Source of the DNA: an uncultured Planctomycetales bacterium | GTDB lineage: Bacteria > Omnitrophota > Gorgyraeia > Gygaellales > Profunditerraquicolaceae | DNA: 64,000 nucleotides | Reading direction: 5' to 3' | NCBI GenBank assembly: GCA_964354795.1 | Contig: CAYHBB010000003.1 | Location: forward strand, 5,887-69,886 | Part shown: positions 20,933-31,808 of the stretch, piece by piece | How positions within the stretch are numbered: position 1 is the first letter of the stretch | Layout: every line of letters begins with the position of its first letter | Notes under the pieces: model-generated | Told to the model about the DNA's origin: nothing | Seen by the model: only the letters and a program-made list of their open reading frames with translations | Database searches by the model: none | Program-made: the position numbers and the translations under genes

Positions 20933-22600
20933 ATGGCCATGGATATCGAATTTAAGAAAACTATAGTTTATATCACTTTGATTATCTTGTGTATAGCAAT
21001 ACTTAGGCTTCCGACTATTTTTTGCCCTTTTTATAATGTGGATGAGGGCGTAAGCGCTGTGATTGGCAATACCATACTGGATGGTGGCATTGTGTATCGG
21101 GATGCCATTGATCATCGAGGCCCGATCACCTACTTTATTTATGCTTTAATTTTTTCGCTTTTCGGTAGAAATAATATGGTGGCAGTTCATTTTTCGTTGA
21201 TTTTATTAATTTTGCTTATTTCCATTATTTTGTTTCTTATAAGTAGTTTGGCTTGGAATAGAAGGGCCGGTTACTTTGCCGCTTTATTTTTTGGGATATT
21301 TTCATATGCTTACTCTTCTAAAGATATGTGGGCTTTCCATACAGAATGGTGCGCTGTACTTTTTAGTACAATAGGAGCCTATTTTTTCATAAGATTCATT
21401 TTTAAGAGCAAAACATATTTTCTTTTTCTAAGTGGAGTTTTTTTTGGGTTATCCTTTTTTTCTAAGCAAACAGCTTTACTTGATTATTTAATTACATTAT
21501 TATTTTGTGGTATTTTCGTTTATTTTAAGCGAAAAAGTATAGACACTTTAATCAAGCCCCTTGTTTTAATGACAGGAGGGTTTTTTATAATAACTATAAT
21601 ATTTGTCTATTATTTTTATATTAATAATGCTTTAAATGATTTTTGGTTTTATTTTTGGCAATACAATACTAAATACTATTTACCGGCAGTTCCTGTTTTA
21701 TTGAGAATAAAATTAGCTTTTGGTTATTTGTTGAATGCGCAATCTTTTTTAGGACGAAATTATCTATTATTGGTTTTTTTTGTTTGCGCTAGTTTTATAG
21801 CGGTCCGTAATTTTTTAAATAACTATAAACGACTTAATAGAGAATTGGTTATTAGTTTCTATCTTATTTGTTGGGCTATTTTTTCTTATATTGGTGCGGT
21901 TTTTACTGGAAGGAACTTCGGTCATTACTTTATTATGACTCTTCCTTCATTATGTCTTCTGAGTGGGAAAACGATAGAGGATATAAATATTTTTATAAGT
22001 TCTTATGCAAAGTCTGGCGATTATAAGAATAAGGCTGAAGCATTTAAAAAATACATTATTAAGATATTTCTAATGATTTTTTTAATAGTTGGTATTCTTT
22101 ATTCGCTGCGCCCTGTTTATTGGATGAGGAGTTTTAAGAAATTAATTTCTGATAAAAACGAAGAAAGAAGATTTTTATTAGAGAAGGATTTAGTTATGCT
22201 CACCGAGTACATAATAAAGAATAGCAGTGAACATGATAAAATATTAATATGGGGGTTTTATCCACAAATTTATATTTTAGCTAAGCGTATGCCTGCTACT
22301 CGGTATACATATTCCAATTTCTTGACTGGCATGATAACCCGTTCAAATGCACAGCCATTTATAGATACTCCTGAAACTATCGTTCCTGGAACTTGGAAGA
22401 TATTCATTGATGAGTTAGGAAGAAATAAGCCAATTTATATTGTTGACACTAGCGTTGGAAACCACTACGGGTATGGTATTTATCCACCTGATAAATTCTC
22501 AGATTTAAATAACTTCTTAAAAGAAAATTATATTATAGAGAAGGAATTTTTTAACGAAGAAGGAGCTATTTCTTTTAGGCTTTTTAAAAGAAATAAATAG
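20933..22600 (+). CDS. GT-C membrane glycosyltransferase (ArnT-like)
   Basis: VDEG, YRDAIDHRGP, SKQ, GRNFGHYF, multi-TM. Confidence 0.8.
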   Translation: MAMDIEFKKTIVYITLIILCIAILRLPTIFCPFYNVDEGVSAVIGNTILDGGIVYRDAIDHRGPITYFIYALIFSLFGRNNMVAVHFSLILLILLISIILFLISSLAWNRRAGYFAALFFGIFSYAYSSKDMWAFHTEWCAVLFSTIGAYFFIRFIFKSKTYFLFLSGVFFGLSFFSKQTALLDYLITLLFCGIFVYFKRKSIDTLIKPLVLMTGGFFIITIIFVYYFYINNALNDFWFYFWQYNTKYYLPAVPVLLRIKLAFGYLLNAQSFLGRNYLLLVFFVCASFIAVRNFLNNYKRLNRELVISFYLICWAIFSYIGAVFTGRNFGHYFIMTLPSLCLLSGKTIEDINIFISSYAKSGDYKNKAEAFKKYIIKIFLMIFLIVGILYSLRPVYWMRSFKKLISDKNEERRFLLEKDLVMLTEYIIKNSSEHDKILIWGFYPQIYILAKRMPATRYTYSNFLTGMITRSNAQPFIDTPETIVPGTWKIFIDELGRNKPIYIVDTSVGNHYGYGIYPPDKFSDLNNFLKENYIIEKEFFNEEGAISFRLFKRNK

Positions 22601-22686
22601 TCTGATCCGTGTAAAAAAAAGGGGGGGAGGAGGAGTTTTTCTTTATTGCCTGATTTAGATAGCGTATTTAAGGATGTTGGCACGAA

Positions 22687-24000
22687 CTAATGACCATTAA
22701 GTAATAATGAGTTTTGGTTGATAAACTTTTGTATATTTAAAATAACCCCATCCATATTAATATAATCCCAATTACCGCTTCTGCCTAACAAATACAAATT
22801 ATGTTCTTTTAATATATTACGTATATTATCCCTGACTTCTTCCATGCCAACGGTTGGAATCGGATAGGTGTATTCTTTTAATTTTATTTCAGTTTTCTCA
22901 ATCTCATTCTCAGATTTGATTATCCCCTTTCTAATAAGATCTCTTATAACTCGGGATACTATCTCTTCAACACTAGTATTAATAATATAGTCTTTTTGGG
23001 TTATCTCTGCTACGAGTACAGGCAAGAATTCGTGGCTAAAATTATGCATAAGAGTAACACGATAGAAAACCTCATCTTCTTTAAAGAATACCCAATGACA
23101 ATTATTAATTAATTGAAATGTTGCCCCTTTTTTAAGCCCTATCATTACAAAGAAAGTATTATTCCACTTTAATACATTATATTCTTTTTTCACGCCATTT
23201 ATGTTTATTTTTGTGAGAAGTTCCGGCAATGGAATTGTCGAGATTACAATGTCAGCCTCTTCTTTTAAGTCGTCTTTCGTAATAATAGTCCATTTATTGT
23301 TATGTTTGATCAACTTTTTTACACAGGAATCCAATATTATATTATTACCTATATCTTTTGCGGTATAATCTATTAATTTCTGTATGCCTTGTTTCGGGTA
23401 TATAAATTTTGATTGATATTCTCTTCCAGCAACTTTCTTACCAAGGATAGAAGCTATGAAATTAATGATTGATACCGGTTCAACCCTTGAATTAACCAAT
23501 GATTCTGATATTTCAGACAGATCACAATTCCAGATCTTGGAATTATAAGGAATCATAAAATTTCTAGCGATGCCTTCTCCAAGTCGATTATCTATCCAGT
23601 TTTTCAGATTAGAACTTTTTTCTTTGCGTCTTTTCTGAGCAGTTAAATATCCTTTGATGCACTCCAATTTATCACTTAGAGGTAGATTCTTGATTCCGAT
23701 TTCAAACGGGTATTCGATTATATATCTTCTTCCATCACTACCGCTGTGGAATATTTTAGCATTTCTGTTTAAATGTTCGTAATCAAGCGGTAGAGAAAGA
23801 AAATAATTTGTTACCTCGCTGTTTTTGCTACATATAGCGTGAACTGCAAAATCCCAATAGTAGTCACCTGTTTTATTGGTTTGACATAGGCCGCCTATTT
23901 TGCACTCCTTCTCAAAAATAATAAACTTATTTCCTAATTCTTTGAGATGTCTTCCTAGCTCTATACCCGTAAGACCTGCGCCTAATATTGCTATTTTCAT
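22687..24000 (-). CDS. FAD-dependent oxidoreductase (protoporphyrinogen oxidase/UDP-galactopyranose mutase-like fold)
   Basis: GAGLTG..IGGLC, PYNSKIW, YP..G, GRSGNWDYINMD. Confidence 0.8.
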   Translation of the reverse strand: MKIAILGAGLTGIELGRHLKELGNKFIIFEKECKIGGLCQTNKTGDYYWDFAVHAICSKNSEVTNYFLSLPLDYEHLNRNAKIFHSGSDGRRYIIEYPFEIGIKNLPLSDKLECIKGYLTAQKRRKEKSSNLKNWIDNRLGEGIARNFMIPYNSKIWNCDLSEISESLVNSRVEPVSIINFIASILGKKVAGREYQSKFIYPKQGIQKLIDYTAKDIGNNIILDSCVKKLIKHNNKWTIITKDDLKEEADIVISTIPLPELLTKININGVKKEYNVLKWNNTFFVMIGLKKGATFQLINNCHWVFFKEDEVFYRVTLMHNFSHEFLPVLVAEITQKDYIINTSVEEIVSRVIRDLIRKGIIKSENEIEKTEIKLKEYTYPIPTVGMEEVRDNIRNILKEHNLYLLGRSGNWDYINMDGVILNIQKFINQNSLLLNGH

Positions 24001-24728
24001 ATTTTTCGATAAGTGAGTTTTATTTTAATGATATCATTTAATAATTCAAAGATTATGGAAGGTAATTTGGTGGGCCTGAATATTCCGGTTGTGCCATATT
24101 TACGCGGGTAATGCGTAATTGGGATTTCTTTGATCTTATATCCCTTAAGGTGGGCTTTCAAAATAAATTCCGACATTACGCAATATTTAAAGTTTAAGCC
24201 ATCTTGTAAAATATCTTCTATTACCTTTCGCTTTATTATTTTGAATCCGGAATCGGCATCTTTCATTTTTAACCGAAATAATATAAAAAGCAGGAAATTG
24301 TACATTTTTGAAATAATTACTCTATACGTAGGATCATACCTGGACATTTTGTACCCGCTTACTATGTCATTTTTGTCTATTTCCTTTAATAATTTAAATA
24401 TATCCGCAGGATCATGTTGTCCGTCTGAGTCACTAAATAATATCAACTCCGTTTTAGGTATTCCTAAAGCATCTATGAAAGCGGTTGTATACCCTTTTCT
24501 TTCTTTGCTACTTATCAAATCAAAAGGTATCTCTTCATTGAGCTTATGCAGTATTTCTTTTGTCCCGTCTACGCTTCCATCTTCAGCTACTATGAATTTG
24601 GTGCCCGGTATTTTTTTTATCACCTTCCCATATATGTCTCGTATGACCGTCTCAATGATCCGTGCTTCATTATAAACAGGAATCACTAAAGTAAGACTGA
24701 TGTTTGTATTTTTTACATTTTTATTCAT
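23997..24728 (-). CDS. GT2 polyprenol-phosphate glycosyltransferase (DPM1-like)
   Basis: VIPVYNE, EDGSVDGT, DSDGQHDP, DADSGFK. Confidence 0.85.
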   Translation of the reverse strand: MNKNVKNTNISLTLVIPVYNEARIIETVIRDIYGKVIKKIPGTKFIVAEDGSVDGTKEILHKLNEEIPFDLISSKERKGYTTAFIDALGIPKTELILFSDSDGQHDPADIFKLLKEIDKNDIVSGYKMSRYDPTYRVIISKMYNFLLFILFRLKMKDADSGFKIIKRKVIEDILQDGLNFKYCVMSEFILKAHLKGYKIKEIPITHYPRKYGTTGIFRPTKLPSIIFELLNDIIKIKLTYRKI

Positions 24729-24927
24729 TTTTAATTGAACTTATATTCATTATGATGCAACTCTTGTCTGGGCCTGCCGTTTAAAGCTATACACCTAAAC
24801 TTTTCAAGTGATTCTACCACATGCAAGCCTATTAGGGAAGCAATCGCTTTCAGCATAAGACATTTCGATTTAAAATATGGCTTATGGGGATCTTCCCATG
24901 ACTAATAGGGAGCATTACAAAAAGGTA

Positions 24928-24955
24928 TTGATATAGTTTTTTTTAGTGGTAAAAT
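24928..24955 (+). promoter_or_regulatory. Sigma70-type promoter (extended -10)
   Basis: TTGATA-N16-TAAAAT with TG upstream of the -10; AGGAGG RBS before 25021. Confidence 0.5.
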
Positions 24956-25020
24956 AAAGAAAAGATGTAAACAATCTGTTTTTGTGGTGCTGGAAGCAGT
25001 GGTGAAAAAAGGAGGAAAAG

Positions 25021-25743
25021 ATGGAGAAGAAAAAGTTAAGCGTTTTAGTATTAGTAATATGCATGTGTTTCTCAGTCTCCGCTTCTGCTGAGACCATTGT
25101 GCTCAAGTCAGGACAAACCGTAGAAGGTAAAATTTTAGAAAAAACAGATAAATATATAAAGATGGATTGTAAAGGAGAGACACTGTATTATTTCTTTTCT
25201 GAGGTAAAAAGCATCGATGGTAAGCCAGTTAATATTTCAAAGGAATCCGTTGTGCCTGATATTTCGAATGCAGAATCTGCGAAGTCATCCAACAGAGTTG
25301 ATAATGTGGATATTACTGCCGAATCTACTGTCGAAGATATGTTAATGAAAGCCGATTACTGTTATTCTATTAAAGATTTTGATAAAGCTATTAAATTATG
25401 CGAAGCAGCTCTCAAGAAAACTGATGACAAAAACCTTATTACAAAGATTAACCTTAGTTTAAGCTCTAATTATCTGGAAAAGGGGAGAGAAGCTTATAAA
25501 ATAAATAAAGACGACAGTTTCTATAAATTATCAATTCAGTCCGCTAAAAAATACTTAGAAGCGGATCCATATAGTTGTCTTGCTTTGAGTAATATTGGTT
25601 TTGCCTATTTCGAGATGCAAGATTGGAAACAGGCTGTCTTTTATTTTACGGAAGTAGAAAATTACGTTGACAAGAGTGATCCTAGTAATGCAGCAATAGA
25701 GACTGCCCGTAGTACCGCAGAAGAAAATATGCGGGCACAGTAA
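25021..25743 (+). CDS. Secreted TPR-containing protein
   Basis: Signal peptide (SASA|ET), IVLKSGQTVEGKI beta motif, C-terminal TPR-like helices. Confidence 0.75.
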   Translation: MEKKKLSVLVLVICMCFSVSASAETIVLKSGQTVEGKILEKTDKYIKMDCKGETLYYFFSEVKSIDGKPVNISKESVVPDISNAESAKSSNRVDNVDITAESTVEDMLMKADYCYSIKDFDKAIKLCEAALKKTDDKNLITKINLSLSSNYLEKGREAYKINKDDSFYKLSIQSAKKYLEADPYSCLALSNIGFAYFEMQDWKQAVFYFTEVENYVDKSDPSNAAIETARSTAEENMRAQ

Positions 25744-25979
25744 TAAAGAAACAGTTTAAGTGATTTTTGGTGGTGTAAACCAAAGCACGTTTTTTGAGTG
25801 GACGCGTTGCGTGTTTATCCCGCATTATAAATTTCCTAACGTAATTTGAAGTTCTGGTGTGTTTTGTTGTTAATCTTCTTTTCAAGCCTTCCTGTAATTT
25901 ACCTTGTGAATGAAATTTTCCCTCGTGACATAGTAGAAGGGCCCAATAATTTCTAATTGCGATAAAGCATGAGTGGACG

Positions 25980-27002
25980 ATGATGAGATTAATGAAAATT
26001 ATATTTATAGAGATAGTTGTAATTTTTATTCTGGCTGAGATAGTTTTCAGGCTGACATTCCCAAACTACCCCGTTTATGAAAGAACGCAGCCTGGCGAAT
26101 ATAGCAATTACGCCTCGGTATATTTTGAACCTGAAGAGGACCTCGGTTGGGTTTTGAAAAAAAATAAAACTTTATATGGTCTAGATGGAATTTATTATAA
26201 AGCGAATAAACAAGGATTCCGCAATAATAAGGATTTTGTTTTGGATAATCTGAGCTTAAACAAAAAACGCATAATGCTTTTAGGCGATTCTTTTCAATTT
26301 GGCTATTTTATTAATGAAGATCAAACATGTGCAAGGTTGCTTGAGAAAAAACTTGGAGAAAAATATCAGATATTTAATCTAGGAATGGTGGGCTATGGCA
26401 TTGATCAGATGTATTGGGCATATAAGAAATATGAACCTGTAATAAATCCGGATATAATCGTATTGGCATTTATAGATGAAGATATTGTTCGGGTTTTTGA
26501 AGCCTTTCGCAGCAATGAAAATATGGACAAGCCCAGTTTTACGATTAAAGATAATAAGCTTGCGTTAAGGAATCTTAGCGACCCCGTTATTTTCAGAAAC
26601 ATAATTAAAAGCAGTCGTATAATTAATTGGTTTTATATGCAATTCTATAGATGGCATTATTGCAAAATGATCACTGATCTAATTTTCTCAGATATGGTAA
26701 AATCAGCTCAGAATGATAAAAAGGAATTAATTATTATAAGATGCCCTATGCTAGCCACGTTTGGTAAAAAATCCATTGCAAAACTAAATGAGTTTTTAAA
26801 GAATAGATATCTTAACTATAAAAGTATTATTAAAGGCGAGGAAGTGGTCTATTTAGATCTTTATGATAAAATAGCGGTATTGACTGAAAATCAACGAGAA
26901 GAGCTATATCTCAAGGATGATGTTGTGTACCATCACCCTTCTGGAAAAGGAAACGATTTTATTTCTGATTGTATTTATCAAATAATTTCTAGTAAGAAAT
27001 GA
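25980..27002 (+). CDS. SGNH/GDSL hydrolase family protein, membrane anchored
   Basis: LGDSF, NLGMVGYG, HHPS..GN. Confidence 0.85.
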   Translation: MMRLMKIIFIEIVVIFILAEIVFRLTFPNYPVYERTQPGEYSNYASVYFEPEEDLGWVLKKNKTLYGLDGIYYKANKQGFRNNKDFVLDNLSLNKKRIMLLGDSFQFGYFINEDQTCARLLEKKLGEKYQIFNLGMVGYGIDQMYWAYKKYEPVINPDIIVLAFIDEDIVRVFEAFRSNENMDKPSFTIKDNKLALRNLSDPVIFRNIIKSSRIINWFYMQFYRWHYCKMITDLIFSDMVKSAQNDKKELIIIRCPMLATFGKKSIAKLNEFLKNRYLNYKSIIKGEEVVYLDLYDKIAVLTENQREELYLKDDVVYHHPSGKGNDFISDCIYQIISSKK

Positions 27003-27081
27003 GTGGCACGCAAGATATAATCTCCGAGGAATTATCCCTCCAAATTTACAACATTCTTGATATATTAAACAGTACAACTTA

Positions 27082-27109
27082 TTGACATTAAAGGTGTTAG
27101 CTTTATAAT
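27082..27109 (+). promoter_or_regulatory. Consensus sigma70 promoter
   Basis: TTGACA-N16-TATAAT. Confidence 0.65.
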
Positions 27110-27181
27110 GGATTTAGCGACGAGAGTTAGCCAAATAAGCTCGGCAGGCTTCTTGATCTTTAGTGTTTGGGGCGTCAATTT

Positions 27182-27763
27182 ATGAAAAACAAGAAATCTA
27201 TTGGAATTGTTATTGTTGGGTGGATTTTTGTAATATATGGTTTCTTGGGCCTTATAGGAAGCATTCTTTTTAGTCAATCATTCTGGAAGAATTATCTATG
27301 GATTAAGTTCGCTAATTTATCATTCAGAATTTATCCTGCTCACATAAATTCTGAATGGGAAAAGTATTTTAAAATACTTTTTGATAAACTTTTTTCAGAG
27401 CATCCCGCACTATTGATTTCTTATTTTTTCCTTATCCCGGGTTTATTTTTTATTATTTTTCTAGGAGGCATAGGCATTATAAGGTTAGGAAAGAAATGGA
27501 GGATGGTCACCATAAGTACTTTTATTGTTTTGATGTTCACAAAATTTGTTTTTGAAATATACCTAAAGTCGTATATCTTTATGGCGCTTATAGTGGGCAG
27601 GCTCGTTGATCCAAGTAACAAAGAAGTTGTTTCCGAGACCGAAGAGGCAATTTTAATGCTTCCGAGAATTATAGTTCAAGATCTATTGATCAAGATTTTA
27701 CTGATTAGTATAGTTATGTTTTATTTAACTCGTCCTAAAATAAAGGAGCAATTTTATCGCTAG
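27182..27763 (+). CDS. Hypothetical membrane protein (about 4 TM)
   Basis: Hydrophobic segments; ATG 27182 preferred over TTG 27167. Confidence 0.65.
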   Translation: MKNKKSIGIVIVGWIFVIYGFLGLIGSILFSQSFWKNYLWIKFANLSFRIYPAHINSEWEKYFKILFDKLFSEHPALLISYFFLIPGLFFIIFLGGIGIIRLGKKWRMVTISTFIVLMFTKFVFEIYLKSYIFMALIVGRLVDPSNKEVVSETEEAILMLPRIIVQDLLIKILLISIVMFYLTRPKIKEQFYR

Positions 27764-27818
27764 GCTAACAGAATGTGGTAATAAGTGCGAGAGCATTTTA
27801 CATACTTGCCAAGAATAT

Positions 27819-28688
27819 ATGGTGAGTTTGCCTGACTGTAAGAATATATCAAGGATCATGGGTAGGGAATCATTGGTCCATGGCGGAATAAATTTTACAG
27901 ATTTACATGTGGCGGCCGCGGTTTTGGGTCCGGATAAATTGAATTTAATTGGTAGCGGCGATAGCATGAGGCCAATTTTAGTGAGCCGAGAAAGGCTTTG
28001 TATTGAGAGAAAAACTGATTTTCGAGAGCAAGACATAGTGTTATTTATACGAAACAGAAGATTAATAGCCCACCGTGTTCTTAGCATTAAAAAACAGGAA
28101 AACCTTTTGATTACTCAGGGGGATAATTGTGCTGAGTCAGAAAGTGTGAGTTTTAATGATGTCATAGGAGTTGTTGCTAGGTATCCAATACAGGGAAGAG
28201 GCATTGTCTGGATGCAGCTGAAAGAAATGGCCTTAAGATATTGCCGACATATTCTTGAGAATGTAAAGATAAAGGCTATTTTACGGCTTCTTAAAAGTTC
28301 TCCACTTTTTCGGTATTATGTTTGTGTATATGAGAACGCTTTTTCTTTACAAGGGAGCGTTAATTTATCTGTTGAAAAACCAAAGAATAAATATATGGTT
28401 TCCGGTTATTTTCTCACAAAAAATATCGCTAATGGTGAATTAATAAAGATGCCAGATTATTGCGAATTTAGTGGATGGTGGCTCAATAATCTATTTATTT
28501 ATCCGCTTTTTCGAGATACGGGCGTAGAAGAGAAATTATTGTTAAAACTTATAGATATAGCTCAAAAGCTGGGGATAGATAGTATTCGATTCATTCCTCC
28601 TCACAACAATGTTCTTGCTTATCTGAGAAAGCTAGTTCTGGTAAGAGAATGTCAAAAGTGGCATGAAATTATACTTTTAACAACCTAG
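27819..28688 (+). CDS. S24/S26-family peptidase fused to a GNAT-like domain
   Basis: GDSMRP (Ser), AHRV, TQGDN; C-terminal WLNNLFIYPLFRDTGVEEKLL resembles GNAT motif A. Confidence 0.75.
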   Translation: MVSLPDCKNISRIMGRESLVHGGINFTDLHVAAAVLGPDKLNLIGSGDSMRPILVSRERLCIERKTDFREQDIVLFIRNRRLIAHRVLSIKKQENLLITQGDNCAESESVSFNDVIGVVARYPIQGRGIVWMQLKEMALRYCRHILENVKIKAILRLLKSSPLFRYYVCVYENAFSLQGSVNLSVEKPKNKYMVSGYFLTKNIANGELIKMPDYCEFSGWWLNNLFIYPLFRDTGVEEKLLLKLIDIAQKLGIDSIRFIPPHNNVLAYLRKLVLVRECQKWHEIILLTT

Positions 28689-28695
28689 GTTTAAT

Positions 28696-29604
28696 ATGAG
28701 AATTATAAATAAAGTTAGGATTGTTGATAGTGCTTTTGAGTTATGTTCTTGGCTTAGAAATGACCGATTCGTTACTTTTAATAAAAAGAACTATAAACTG
28801 TTTGCTACTAAAGAAGAACCTAACGTAATCGTTAGGTTATTGCCTAAGAAGTTTACCATTGATAATAAAGCTAAGCTTGTATATCAAGCGACTATGCATG
28901 ATCGCGATGCTTTAGATTCGGCTATAGGGCATAATTATTCACAAATCTCAAAATTTGAGGCGCCAGATATGGTTGTGTATAGGTATCTGGCTAGAAGGTT
29001 AGGGATTTCAAATCTTTATATTGTATACCATAAGAAGAAAGATAATCTTATAGATATTTTTGTTGAAAATGAAAAGCTCACTATTTGTCATCCCCTTGAC
29101 CTTGTGGTTAAGAGGTGGTTATATAGTGATTTTATAAGAAGAAATAATGGCTTAATCATGCACGGGAGCGCGGTATCGCTTGGTAATAAGGGGATAATAT
29201 TTGTCGGTGACTCTGGTTGTGGAAAAACTACGCTTGCCCAATTATTTAAAGCTAGTAATGAAACTGTAATTAATGACGACATGCTTGCCTTGAAGCTTAA
29301 GGGGCACCACGTCTACGCGTATTCTTTGCCATGGGTAAAAAATACGGAGTATGTCAATAACGCAGCGCTTAAGCTGCACTATATTATTTTCCCGCATTTC
29401 AGTAGTAAGGAAAGATTGAAGGATGTCGAACCGGGTACAAAGTTTAAGAGCCTGCTCAGGAATATTTATCTTGAGCAGGAGAGTGCAAACTATTTCGTAA
29501 AATCCGTAGACATATTAATTACTATTAGCAGTATTTTGAAGCAGGTAAATTTATACTTTTCAAAGTCGAAAAGGACATACAAGTTTTTGAATAATAACCT
29601 ATAA
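28696..29604 (+). CDS. HPr kinase-related P-loop kinase
   Basis: MHGSAV, GDSGCGKTT, INDD, LPW. Confidence 0.8.
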   Translation: MRIINKVRIVDSAFELCSWLRNDRFVTFNKKNYKLFATKEEPNVIVRLLPKKFTIDNKAKLVYQATMHDRDALDSAIGHNYSQISKFEAPDMVVYRYLARRLGISNLYIVYHKKKDNLIDIFVENEKLTICHPLDLVVKRWLYSDFIRRNNGLIMHGSAVSLGNKGIIFVGDSGCGKTTLAQLFKASNETVINDDMLALKLKGHHVYAYSLPWVKNTEYVNNAALKLHYIIFPHFSSKERLKDVEPGTKFKSLLRNIYLEQESANYFVKSVDILITISSILKQVNLYFSKSKRTYKFLNNNL

Positions 29605-29610
29605 GAAATT

Positions 29611-30996
29611 ATGAAAATACTTTTTGTCCAATTTGAACCTCGCGAAAGCTTAGCAGTCGAGTACCTTTCTGCCTACTTGCAAGGATTTGGACATTCCACC
29701 AGCGTACTTATTGTTGGTATTACGTCTCCTTCTAGGATTATATCGCAGATTCAATCGAATCAGCCTGGCATGATTTGTGTTACTGATTCGGGTTCTGATG
29801 CTGAAAGAATCAAGGTCCTTTCAGCTTTGCTAAAAAAGAATAGTAGTGCGAAAATTGTAATAGGTGGCTATATAACTATAAATAAAGAAGAAGTCTTTGA
29901 GAAAGATAGTAATGTAGATGCCTATTGCATAGGAAGCGGATTTTATCTTTATGGGTTGATACAGTATTATGAGGGCAATTATCCAGCTGAAAATATTCCT
30001 AATTTTATTATAAGACGCAATGGCACGTTAATAAGGAATAAGCTCGATAGCGATTCACATTTTTGCGATTTTAAGGATAGGGATATGTTTATTTATCGCG
30101 AGTACCCATTCCTGTATTACAGTATATTTCCTTTCGTTATGGCATCTTATGGTTGTATTAATAATTGTAGTTTTTGTTTCTATTCTGGTTTTAAAAGTAG
30201 ATTTGGCAAAAGGGCAGGACTTTGCTATAAAAAGCCGGATCTCGTTTTAAAGGAAATACTTCAGATGCAGAAAATTAATAGGTATTTCAAGTGCTTTAAT
30301 TTTGTCGACGACAATATGTCAAATGATATTGGTTGGCTCACTGACCTAATGAGTATTATTAAGCCATTAGGACTGAGGTTTTTTGCTAAAATAGATATTA
30401 ATAGTTGTACCGAAGAAATGATAAGGATGATGCGGGAGGCTGGCTTATTTGGAGCAACTATCGGAATAGAGCATATAAATCAGAATATAAGAGAGTCATT
30501 GTTAAATAAGAATTTCACTAATGATAAGCTTATTCAAGTGATTTCGTGGCTTAGGAAATATGGTGTGCATATCCGGGCGTATTTTATAATCGGCCTACCC
30601 TATCAAACTGCAGAAGATGTCTCAGAAAATGTTTCATTTGCAAGGAGGCATGGCTTAAAAGAGGCAGCATTTACTTTTCTAGCCTTACTTCCTAATACCG
30701 TGCTCAGAGAAAAAATAATGAATGAATATAGGGATGAGGATTTAAAGAAAGTGTTTCCTCTCTCAAAAGCACTGTTATCGCGCTTACAGCTTCAGCAGGA
30801 GCCGATGTTTTTGTCTGGCGCCCCGTTATATATTTCACAACTCATATGCAAAGCTTACTTTATTTGTCTGAAATTAAGGTATTATCCTCTTGGTGCCATC
30901 AATTTATTTTTATACGGCTGTCGTTTATCCAGCTACTTTATAAAAGAATATGTATTAAATATCTTCGATTCCGTCAGTTTAAAAAAATGTCGATAG
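29611..30996 (+). CDS. B12-binding radical SAM protein
   Basis: SYGCINNCSFC, FVDDN, GIE, IIGLP. Confidence 0.85.
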   Translation: MKILFVQFEPRESLAVEYLSAYLQGFGHSTSVLIVGITSPSRIISQIQSNQPGMICVTDSGSDAERIKVLSALLKKNSSAKIVIGGYITINKEEVFEKDSNVDAYCIGSGFYLYGLIQYYEGNYPAENIPNFIIRRNGTLIRNKLDSDSHFCDFKDRDMFIYREYPFLYYSIFPFVMASYGCINNCSFCFYSGFKSRFGKRAGLCYKKPDLVLKEILQMQKINRYFKCFNFVDDNMSNDIGWLTDLMSIIKPLGLRFFAKIDINSCTEEMIRMMREAGLFGATIGIEHINQNIRESLLNKNFTNDKLIQVISWLRKYGVHIRAYFIIGLPYQTAEDVSENVSFARRHGLKEAAFTFLALLPNTVLREKIMNEYRDEDLKKVFPLSKALLSRLQLQQEPMFLSGAPLYISQLICKAYFICLKLRYYPLGAINLFLYGCRLSSYFIKEYVLNIFDSVSLKKCR

Positions 30997-31017
30997 AGCC
31001 AGGGAATATTTAAGAGA

Positions 31018-31761
31018 ATGAAAAGCATTTCAATTGTTTATCCAGTTTATAATGAAGAATCCTATGTTAAATTGACCATAGAGCAAGCGCTAGCAACTAT
31101 TTCAAAAATAACCAATGATTTTGAAATAATTGTTGTTAATGACGCAAGTTCAGATAATACCTTGGCCCTATTGAGAGAATATTCCAGAGATAATAACAAG
31201 ATAAAGATTTATTGTAATGAGACTAATAACAAATTAGGTGGGACTTTAAGAAAAGGCTTCAAAGAGGCGACTAAAGAGCTAGTGCTTTATTCTGATTTTG
31301 ATATGCCATTTGACCTGAAGGATGTCAATGAAGCCCTAGAAATATTTAATAAAGAAAAAGCCGATTTACTATCTGCATACAGAATAAATAGGGAAGTCGA
31401 TGGCTTAAAAAGAACCGTTTATAGCATTATTTATAATTGGCTAGTTAATTTTCTATTTAAAATTAATCTAAAAGATATTAATTTCTCTTTTAAGCTATTC
31501 AATAGGAGGATATTGGATAGTATTATTTTAGAATCGGAGGGGTCATTTATTAGCGCAGAGTTCCTAATAAGAGCGAAAATGCAAGGTTTTAAAATCGTGC
31601 AATTTCCAGTTATGTATTATTCTAGAAGTAAGGGACGCTCTCGTTTAGCTTCTATCGGTGTAGTGGTAAAGATAATAAAAGAGCTTTGTATTTTTTATTT
31701 TGTAAATTTTAACGCCATTATAAAGAGAAATATTTTGGGGGGGAAAGTCATTGGGTATTAA
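31018..31761 (+). CDS. GT2 polyprenol-phosphate glycosyltransferase
   Basis: PVYNEE, NDASSD, DFD, DINFSFKL. Confidence 0.85.
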   Translation: MKSISIVYPVYNEESYVKLTIEQALATISKITNDFEIIVVNDASSDNTLALLREYSRDNNKIKIYCNETNNKLGGTLRKGFKEATKELVLYSDFDMPFDLKDVNEALEIFNKEKADLLSAYRINREVDGLKRTVYSIIYNWLVNFLFKINLKDINFSFKLFNRRILDSIILESEGSFISAEFLIRAKMQGFKIVQFPVMYYSRSKGRSRLASIGVVVKIIKELCIFYFVNFNAIIKRNILGGKVIGY

Positions 31762-31808
31762 AGTTATTATAGGTCAGAAGCTACTAAGCCCGGGGAGGGT
31801 GCTGGACC

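Noticed and set aside
22613-22627. A8G7 homopolymer as a phase-variation switch
   Set aside because: It lies between convergent 3' ends, not in a promoter or coding region.
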